Below are positions 1 through 10,100 of a stretch of 64,000 nucleotides of DNA, one piece after another (within the stretch, counting starts at the first letter, position 1; the number at the start of each line of letters is the position of its first letter). The position numbers were made by a program, and so were the translations under genes. The notes beneath the pieces are model-generated. The model searched no databases, was not told where the DNA came from, and worked only from the letters and a program-made list of their open reading frames with translations. This DNA is from Marinicella sp. (GTDB lineage: Bacteria > Pseudomonadota > Gammaproteobacteria > Xanthomonadales > Marinicellaceae). The DNA lies in the NCBI GenBank assembly GCA_965230295.1, contig OZ246001.1, positions 2,688,001 to 2,752,000 on the forward strand, given 5' to 3'.

Positions 1-244
1 TCAAATACTTCTGAATCACTATTACTTACCTAGTGAACTTAAACAGCAGATGCATCGTTTTGTCAGCTACTACAACCATGAACGCTATCATGAATCATTG
101 GATAACCTAACACCGTCTGATGTCTATTACGGCAGAGCTGAGGAGGTGCTTAAACAAAGAAAACAGATCAAACAAAACACCATCGCCTTGAGGCGACAAT
201 TACATTATGATAACTTAAACAATATGAACCAATCTGTCTCTTAA
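1..244 (+). CDS. IS3/IS481-type DDE transposase, C-terminal part (5' truncated by window)
   Basis: Frame is open from the window start: QILLNHYYLPSELKQQMHRFVSYYNHERYHESLDNLTPSDVYYGR. The YN-x-x-R-x-H-x-SL-x3-TP motif is typical of the integrase-core C-terminus of IS3/IS481 transposases. Confidence 0.85.
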   Translation, partial: QILLNHYYLPSELKQQMHRFVSYYNHERYHESLDNLTPSDVYYGRAEEVLKQRKQIKQNTIALRRQLHYDNLNNMNQSVS

Positions 245-284
245 ATTAAAAGGTCAGTGGTCCAAAAGGTTTTGACGACATACA
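1..284 (+). mobile_element. Right end of an IS3/IS481-like insertion sequence
   Basis: After the transposase stop the sequence reads ...TTTGACGACATACA (284), i.e. 5'-TGTATGTCGTCAAA on the other strand, matching the TG/TGT termini of these IS families. The left end is outside the window, so IR and target duplication cannot be confirmed. Confidence 0.6.
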
Positions 285-500
285 ATTACAAAGTAAAAGG
301 TTTAGTTGTACGCCCAACCTGTCAGAAGTCATGATTTGAGCTGAATAATCCATATACATCAATGAGATAAGGGTTATATTCGAATTGAAAATAATTCAGG
401 TAATTTTTTTTACCTGGTCACTATTGAGCTGTGTTTTATGGGTCCTAAGGGTACATGTACCACACAGTTGTACCCTTCAATGGTACATATGAATTACCTA

Positions 501-889
501 TCAGTACGCTTGACTGTTATTCTTGGTGGTGACAAAACGCAAGATGGTGACGGTCAGCATGATGACCAGGAAGGGAATACAGGTATACAGGATGCCAGTC
601 CATTGGTAGTTGAACAGCACCCAACCGGCCATCAAGGAAGACATGCCCTGGAAGGTGAAAATACTGAAGTCGTTGACGGCTTGAACTTTGTGTCGTTCAT
701 GACTTTCATAACTCAGTGGTAATAAAGTGGTACCGGAATAGAACAGGAAATTCCAGCCAATGCCCAATAAGATCAACGCCCACCAGTAATGCAACAGATC
801 ATGTCCGTGACTGGCAATGATGACCACCCCAACAAACATCAGCGTACCCACCAACAAAAAGTATTTGGTCTTGATGCGTGAACCTAACC
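501..889 (-). pseudogene. Displaced 3' fragment of the MFS transporter gene (11986-13239)
   Basis: 523-889 matches 12008-12374 (offset 11485) with only about 3 substitutions. It has a different tail (RFVTTKNNSQAY* vs RFVTTNTRTAFQ*) and no 5' part. Confidence 0.9.
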
Positions 890-1109
890 GGTTGAACGGA
901 AAAGGCATTATTTAGATCACTTAATCTTGGTTAGCTATATGTATCAAGATTAAGTACTTTAAACACAAAAAATTAAATCACCAGGGAATTATTAAACGCA
1001 GTATTGAGTGATGCTCAATTAAAATAATCAGCATTAAATAAGGTTTTGATCAGTTATTAGTGAGAGACTTGAGTGATTATTATGCAGGTTTAAACTTGAT
1101 TATAGACCT

Positions 1110-4100
1110 ATGAAAACCTCAATTCTGTTTTTAATACTTTCCGTGTTTATGGTATCGACAGCAAAAGCTGAATTTGTTTTCACTTTTGAGGCGAGAACGG
1201 GCAATCTGGAGCTGGATTTGTCGACTCATCCAGCTCACAACTATAACTATACCGTGGATATTGATGATGGAGCCCAGGTCTTCGCTGGAATAACCGGAAA
1301 TTTTGTTTATACATTTCAAGGACCTGGCAACCACAGGATCAAGGTTACTGAAAAGTACCCGAATCCTTATCTAGTTGGTTCAACAGCTGCTCAAAATGGC
1401 CAGGTGATCAGCATAGATCAATGGGGTAGTCAGCAGTGGGAATCCATGGATCGGGCATTTCAGGGAGTGGATACGGTTATTTTGGCCACGGATGTACCTG
1501 ATCTGTCGCAAGTAACCAACATGTCATTAATGTTTGCTTCAAGTAACATCGGCTACCTTAATTTGAATGGCTGGGACGTGTCATCAGTTGAAGATATGTC
1601 ATACTTATTTGCTGACGCTTCATTTGTTGACCCACAAGTGGGTCTTTGGAACGTGTCATCGGTGACCGACATGAGAGGCATGTTCAGTCAAGCTTTAAGT
1701 GCCAATCCCGATGTGGTTGGTTGGGATGTTTCTTCGGTGACTCATATGGGCTCCATGTTTTGGAACGCAGATGCCGCCGCTCCCGATGTAAGTGGTTGGA
1801 ATACCTCATCGGTCGTCTGGATGAGAAGCATGTTTCAAGATGCAAACCTTGCCAATCCCGACGTGAGTAATTGGGACACCTCGTCTCTGGAAGATGCATC
1901 TTACTTGTTTAAGGACGCCACCTCTGCGGATCCTGATCTTAGCGGCTGGAAGATTGACAGGGTCACTGGCGTGACGGACATGTTGGCCAATACTGGGTTG
2001 ACGACCGATAACTATGATCGCTTGTTGATTAACTTTGCCAATCAAAATGTCATGAGTGGCCTTGATTTCAGCGCGGGCAGCACACCTTATTGTTATGGTG
2101 AAATTGCCCGAAACTTTTTAGAAAACGCCCATGCGTGGACGGTCACTGATGGTGACAAGGATTGTAGCCACATCAACATAGCCGTGCCATTTGTCACCAC
2201 CTGGGAGGCTACGGCCAGCAACCCGACCATCGATTTGCCTAATGATCCGAATTTTCCAGGTCAATACCTGTTTGATGTGGATATAGGTAATGATGGGTCG
2301 TTTGAATACACTGGTTTGGTAGAAGATTTTAGCCATACATTCCCAAGTCCTGGTTTCTACACCATCGGCATCAAGGGCTTTTATCCCAGCCCTAATTTTG
2401 ATGGTTCAACCGCTGCAACCGACGGCCAATTGCTCAGCGTTGATCAATGGGGTGATATTCGATGGTTGTCCATGCACAGGGCTTTTAGTGGTGTGGACAC
2501 GCAAATGCTTACCACAGATGCGCCTGATCTGTCGCTGGTCACCGATATGTCATACATGTTTGATGACAGTGCCATTGTCAATCTTGATACCAGTCATTGG
2601 GATGTGTCATTTGTAACCGATATGAATGGGCTTTTTTATCGAACAACCGCAATCAATGCTGATGTGAGCGAATGGGATGTATCATCTGTAACTGACATGA
2701 GCAGCCTGTTTGCATACACTTCCAACTGGAATCCAAATATCCGAGATTGGGATGTATCATCCGTGCTGGACATGAAGTTCATGTTTTGGGAGGCGGCTGA
2801 TGCCAGTCCCGAGGTGGGTGACTGGGATGTATCATCTGTGATCAATATGAGCTACATGTTTGGAAACACTCCTGTTGCCAATCCTCAGGTGAGTGGTTGG
2901 GGCACTTCGTCGGTAACTGATATGAGTGGTATGTTCCAGGGAGCCAATGCGGCCCATCCCGATGTGAGTGGCTGGGATGTATCCTCTGTGACAAGAATGA
3001 GCTACATGTTCGGAGGTTCTTCGGCCAATCCAATTGTGGGTGGCTGGAATGTGTCATCTGTAACTGATATGACTGGCCTTTTTTACAATGCCACTGCGGC
3101 TGACCCAAATGTCAGCAATTGGATAACATCTTCTCTTACCGACACAAGTTACATGTTTGCAAACGCGTCAAATGCGAATCCAGATGTCAGTAACTGGGAT
3201 GTATCATCTGTACAAAATATGCGGTTCATGTTTTGGGAAGCAGCAGCTGCCAATCCTGATCTTGCCAGTTGGCAGATACCTGAAGTCATTAACATGACAA
3301 GGATGTTGGAAAATTCCGGGCTGACAACCAGTAACTATGATGCCATGCTGGTGAATTTTGACAGTCAAAATGTCATGAGTGGTGTCACTTTTGGTGCCTT
3401 CCCGACCACTTATTGTAATGCGGATACAGAGCATGCCTCGCTGACGAGTGCCGATGGTTGGGTCATCACAGATGGCGGATTTGATTGCAGCCCCCCGGAC
3501 ACCACGGCCCCGGCTCCACCAGTCTTTGATCCGGTGAATGAAAATACCAATCCAATCACTGGCCTTTCTGAGCCTGGTGCTTTGATTACACTGGATGCCG
3601 TGAATTGTGACAACACTCCTGTGATCACTGCGGCAAATGGTCTCTGGTCTTGTGTTGTTCCTGCCTCTGACCCTCTACAACCTACCACGGTGATCAGCGC
3701 CACGGCCACCGATGACGCTGGTAATGAGTCAGATCCATCCAGCATCATTGTGGGTGACACAGCGGCGAATCAATCAGTGAGCCCAACGATTGACCCGGTG
3801 GCCAATGGTGCCACCGAAATCACCGGAACGGCGGTACCTGACTCAATAATTGAATTCGGATATGGTATCTTCACTTGCGCCAATTCAACGGTGGTGGCCG
3901 ATGCTTGGGGCAATTGGAAATGTACCTCTCCATCCTTTGATGTAACCACTGGCTTTGTCGTCATCGTAACAGCCACCCAGCCTGGTTTATCGGTTTCACC
4001 TGCGGTCACCACCACCGTGTATGATCCGGGTGTGACCTCTCCACCAGCACCTCAGGTCGATCCAACCGATGGCACTTTCGTCAGCGGCAGCACCATTGCT

Positions 4101-7100
4101 GATGGTCTGATCACCGTATATAACGAGCAGTCGATCCAGCTGTGCAGCACAATCGCTGATGCCTCTGGCAACTTCAACTGTACACCGCTGAGTCCTTCAC
4201 CAGTGGTCGATGATGTGCTCAGTGTGATTGTCACCGATGGTGATGGCAACTCATCGTTACCCACCCGGGTCACAGTGCAGGCCGATATTGTGGCCCCAGC
4301 TCCACCCATCATTAATCCGGTGAATGTCGGCACCGACCCAATCACTGGCCTTTCTGAACCAGGTACACTGATCATCCTGGGTATGGCTACTTGTGACAAC
4401 GACCCTGTGATCACAGCTGCAAATGGTGTCTGGTCTTGTGATGTACCTGCCTCCCCACCCTTGATGATCGGCACAGTGATCAGTGCCACAGCCACCGATG
4501 CCTCAGGCAATGTCTCTGATCCATCCAGCACCACCGTGGGGGCCCTATCAGGTCAGTCAGAAAGCCCAACATTTAACCCAGTGGCCAACGGGGCCACCCA
4601 GGTCACCGGTACAGCAATACCTGGTTCAATCATTCACTTAGGCGGTGGTGCGATCACTTGTTTTGAACCAGAGGTGGTGGCTGATGCCTCAGGTAACTGG
4701 ATCTGTACCTCACCCTCATTGGTGCCAGTCACCGGTGATGTGATCAGTGCAACGGCAACCCAGTTTGGTTTATCGGTTTCACCTGCGGTCACCACCACCG
4801 TGTATGATCCGGGTGTGACCTCTCCACCAGCACCTCAGGTCGATCCAACCGATGGCACTTTCGTCAGCGGCAGCACCATTGCTGATGGTCTGATCACCGT
4901 ATATAACGAGCAGTCGATCCAGCTGTGCAGCACAATCGCTGATGCCTCTGGCAACTTCAACTGTACACCGCTGAGTCCTTCACCAGTGGTCGATGATGTG
5001 CTCAGTGTGATTGTCACCGATGGTGATGGCAACTCATCGTTACCCACCCGGGTCACAGTGCAGGCCGATATTGTGGCCCCAGCTCCACCCATCATTAATC
5101 CGGTGAATGTCGGCACCGACCCAATCACTGGCCTTTCTGAACCAGGTACACTGATCATCCTGGGTATGGCTACTTGTGACAACGACCCTGTGATCACAGC
5201 TGCAAATGGTGTCTGGTCTTGTGATGTACCTGCCTCCCCACCCTTGATGATCGGCACAGTGATCAGTGCCACAGCCACCGATGCCTCAGGCAATGTCTCT
5301 GATCCATCCAGCACCACCGTGGGGGCCCTATCAGGTCAGTCAGAAAGCCCAACATTTAACCCAGTGGCCAACGGGGCCACCCAGGTCACCGGTACAGCAA
5401 TACCTGGTTCAATCATTCACTTAGGCGGTGGTGCGATCACTTGTTTTGAACCAGAGGTGGTGGCTGATGCCTCAGGTAACTGGATCTGTACCTCACCCTC
5501 ATTGGTGCCAGTCACCGGTGATGTGATCAGTGCAACGGCAACCCAGTTTGGTTTATCGGTTTCACCTGCGGTCACCACCACCGTGTATGATCCGGGTGTG
5601 ACCTCTCCACCAGCACCTCAGGTCGATCCAACCGATGGCACTTTCGTCAGCGGCAGCACCATTGCTGATGGTCTGATCACCGTATATAACGAGCAGTCGA
5701 TCCAGCTGTGCAGCACAATCGCTGATGCCTCTGGCAACTTCAACTGTACACCGCTGAGTCCTTCACCAGTGGTCGATGATGTGCTCAGTGTGATTGTCAC
5801 CGATGGTGATGGCAACTCATCGTTACCCACCCGGGTCACAGTGCAGGCCGATATTGTGGCCCCAGCTCCACCCATCATTAATCCGGTGAATGTCGGCACC
5901 GACCCAATCACTGGCCTTTCTGAGCCTGGTGCTTTGATTACACTGGATGCCGTGAATTGTGACAACACTCCTGTGATCACTGCGGCAAATGGTCTCTGGT
6001 CTTGTGTTGTTCCTGCCTCTGACCCTCTACAACCTACCACGGTGATCAGCGCCACGGCCACCGATGACGCTGGTAATGAGTCAGATCCATCCAGCATCAT
6101 TGTGGGTGACACAGCGGCGAATCAATCAGTGAGCCCAACGATTGACCCGGTGGCCAATGGTGCCACCGAAATCACCGGAACGGCGGTACCTGACTCAATA
6201 ATTGAATTCGGATATGGTATCTTCACTTGCGCCAATTCAACGGTGGTGGCCGATGCTTGGGGCAATTGGAAATGTACCTCTCCATCCTTTGATGTAACCA
6301 CTGGCTTTGTCGTCATCGTAACAGCCACCCAGCCTGGTTTATCGGTTTCACCTGCGGTCACCACCACCGTGTATGATCCGGGTGTGACCTCTCCACCAGC
6401 ACCTCAGGTCGATCCAACCGATGGCACTTTCGTCAGCGGCAGCACCATTGCTGATGGTCTGATCACCGTATATAACGAGCAGTCGATCCAGCTGTGCAGC
6501 ACAATCGCTGATGCCTCTGGCAACTTCAACTGTACACCGCTGAGTCCTTCACCAGTGGTCGATGATGTGCTCAGTGTGATTGTCACCGATGGTGATGGCA
6601 ACTCATCGTTACCCACCCGGGTCACAGTGCAGGCCGATATTGTGGCCCCAGCTCCACCCATCATTAATCCGGTGAATGTCGGCACCGACCCAATCACTGG
6701 CCTTTCTGAACCAGGTACACTGATCATCCTGGGTATGGCTACTTGTGACAACGACCCTGTGATCACAGCTGCAAATGGTGTCTGGTCTTGTGATGTACCT
6801 GCCTCCCCACCCTTGATGATCGGCACAGTGATCAGTGCCACAGCCACCGATGCCTCAGGCAATGTCTCTGATCCATCCAGCACCACCGTGGGGGCCCTAT
6901 CAGGTCAGTCAGAAAGCCCAACATTTAACCCAGTGGCCAACGGGGCCACCCAGGTCACCGGTACAGCAATACCTGGTTCAATCATTCACTTAGGCGGTGG
7001 TGCGATCACTTGTTTTGAACCAGAGGTGGTGGCTGATGCCTCAGGTAACTGGATCTGTACCTCACCCTCATTGGTGCCAGTCACCGGTGATGTGATCAGT

Positions 7101-10100
7101 GCAACGGCAACCCAGTTTGGTTTATCGGTTTCACCTGCGGTCACCACCACCGTGTATGATCCGGGTGTGACCTCTCCACCAGCACCTCAGGTCGATCCAA
7201 CCGATGGCACTTTCGTCAGCGGCAGCACCATTGCTGATGGTCTGATCACCGTATATAACGAGCAGTCGATCCAGCTGTGCAGCACAATCGCTGATGCCTC
7301 TGGCAACTTCAACTGTACACCGCTGAGTCCTTCACCAGTGGTCGATGATGTGCTCAGTGTGATTGTCACCGATGGTGATGGCAACTCATCGTTACCCACC
7401 CGGGTCACAGTGCAGGCCGATATTGTGGCCCCAGCTCCACCCATCATTAATCCGGTGAATGTCGGCACCGACCCAATCACTGGCCTTTCTGAACCAGGTA
7501 CACTGATCATCCTGGGTATGGCTACTTGTGACAACGACCCTGTGATCACAGCTGCAAATGGTGTCTGGTCTTGTGATGTACCTGCCTCCCCACCCTTGAT
7601 GATCGGCACAGTGATCAGTGCCACAGCCACCGATGCCTCAGGCAATGTCTCTGATCCATCCAGCACCACCGTGGGGGCCCTATCAGGTCAGTCAGAAAGC
7701 CCAACATTTAACCCAGTGGCCAACGGGGCCACCCAGGTCACCGGTACAGCAATACCTGGTTCAATCATTCACTTAGGCGGTGGTGCGATCACTTGTTTTG
7801 AACCAGAGGTGGTGGCTGATGCCTCAGGTAACTGGATCTGTACCTCACCCTCATTGGTGCCAGTCACCGGTGATGTGATCAGTGCAACGGCAACCCAGTT
7901 TGGTTTATCGGTTTCACCTGCGGTCACCACCACCGTGTATGATCCGGGTGTGACCTCTCCACCAGCACCTCAGGTCGATCCAACCGATGGCACTTTCGTC
8001 AGCGGCAGCACCATTGCTGATGGTCTGATCACCGTATATAACGAGCAGTCGATCCAGCTGTGCAGCACAATCGCTGATGCCTCTGGCAACTTCAACTGTA
8101 CACCGCTGAGTCCTTCACCAGTGGTCGATGATGTGCTCAGTGTGATTGTCACCGATGGTGATGGCAACTCATCGTTACCCACCCGGGTCACAGTGCAGGC
8201 CGATATTGTGGCCCCAGCTCCACCCATCATTAATCCGGTGAATGTCGGCACCGACCCAATCACTGGCCTTTCTGAACCAGGTACACTGATCATCCTGGGT
8301 ATGGCTACTTGTGACAACGACCCTGTGATCACAGCTGCAAATGGTGTCTGGTCTTGTGATGTACCTGCCTCCCCACCCTTGATGATCGGCACAGTGATCA
8401 GTGCCACAGCCACCGATGCCTCAGGCAATGTCTCTGATCCATCCAGCACCACCGTGGGGGCCCTATCAGGTCAGTCAGAAAGCCCAACATTTAACCCAGT
8501 GGCCAACGGGGCCACCCAGGTCACCGGTACAGCAATACCTGGTTCAATCATTCACTTAGGCGGTGGTGCGATCACTTGTTTTGAACCAGAGGTGGTGGCT
8601 GATGCCTCAGGTAACTGGATCTGTACCTCACCCTCATTGGTGCCAGTCACCGGTGATGTGATCAGTGCAACGGCAACCCAGTTTGGTTTATCGGTTTCAC
8701 CTGCGGTCACCACCACCGTGTATGATCCGGGTGTGACCTCTCCACCAGCACCTCAGGTCGATCCAACCGATGGCACTTTCGTCAGCGGCAGCACCATTGC
8801 TGATGGTCTGATCACCGTATATAACGAGCAGTCGATCCAGCTGTGCAGCACAATCGCTGATGCCTCTGGCAACTTCAACTGTACACCGCTGAGTCCTTCA
8901 CCAGTGGTCGATGATGTGCTCAGTGTGATTGTCACCGATGGTGATGGCAACTCATCGTTACCCACCCGGGTCACAGTGCAGGCCGATATTGTGGCCCCAG
9001 CTCCACCCATCATTAATCCGGTGAATGTCGGCACCGACCCAATCACTGGCCTTTCTGAACCAGGTACACTGATCATCCTGGGTATGGCTACTTGTGACAA
9101 CGACCCTGTGATCACAGCTGCAAATGGTGTCTGGTCTTGTGATGTACCTGCCTCCCCACCCTTGATGATCGGCACAGTGATCAGTGCCACAGCCACCGAT
9201 GCCTCAGGCAATGTCTCTGATCCATCCAGCACCACCGTGGGGGCCCTATCAGGTCAGTCAGAAAGCCCAACATTTAACCCAGTGGCCAACGGGGCCACCC
9301 AGGTCACCGGTACAGCAATACCTGGTTCAATCATTCACTTAGGCGGTGGTGCGATCACTTGTTTTGAACCAGAGGTGGTGGCTGATGCCTCAGGTAACTG
9401 GATCTGTACCTCACCCTCATTGGTGCCAGTCACCGGTGATGTGATCAGTGCAACGGCAACCCAGTTTGGTTTATCGGTTTCACCTGCGGTCACCACCACC
9501 GTGTATGATCCGGGTGTGACCTCTCCACCAGCACCTCAGGTCGATCCAACCGATGGCACTTTCGTCAGCGGCAGCACCATTGCTGATGGTCTGATCACCG
9601 TATATAACGAGCAGTCGATCCAGCTGTGCAGCACAATCGCTGATGCCTCTGGCAACTTCAACTGTACACCGCTGAGTCCTTCACCAGTGGTCGATGATGT
9701 GCTCAGTGTGATTGTCACCGATGGTGATGGCAACTCATCGTTACCCACCCGGGTCACAGTGCAGGCCGATATTGTGGCCCCAGCTCCACCCATCATTAAT
9801 CCGGTGAATGTCGGCACCGACCCAATCACTGGCCTTTCTGAACCAGGTACACTGATCATCCTGGGTATGGCTACTTGTGACAACGACCCTGTGATCACAG
9901 CTGCAAATGGTGTCTGGTCTTGTGATGTACCTGCCTCCCCACCCTTGATGATCGGCACAGTGATCAGTGCCACAGCCACCGATGCCTCAGGCAATGTCTC
10001 TGATCCATCCAGCACCACCGTGGGGGCCCTATCAGGTCAGTCAGAAAGCCCAACATTTAACCCAGTGGCCAACGGGGCCACCCAGGTCACCGGTACAGCA

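Noticed and set aside
523-889. MFS duplicate as a DGR TR/VR pair
   Set aside because: Only about 3 differences, and no RT or avd gene nearby.
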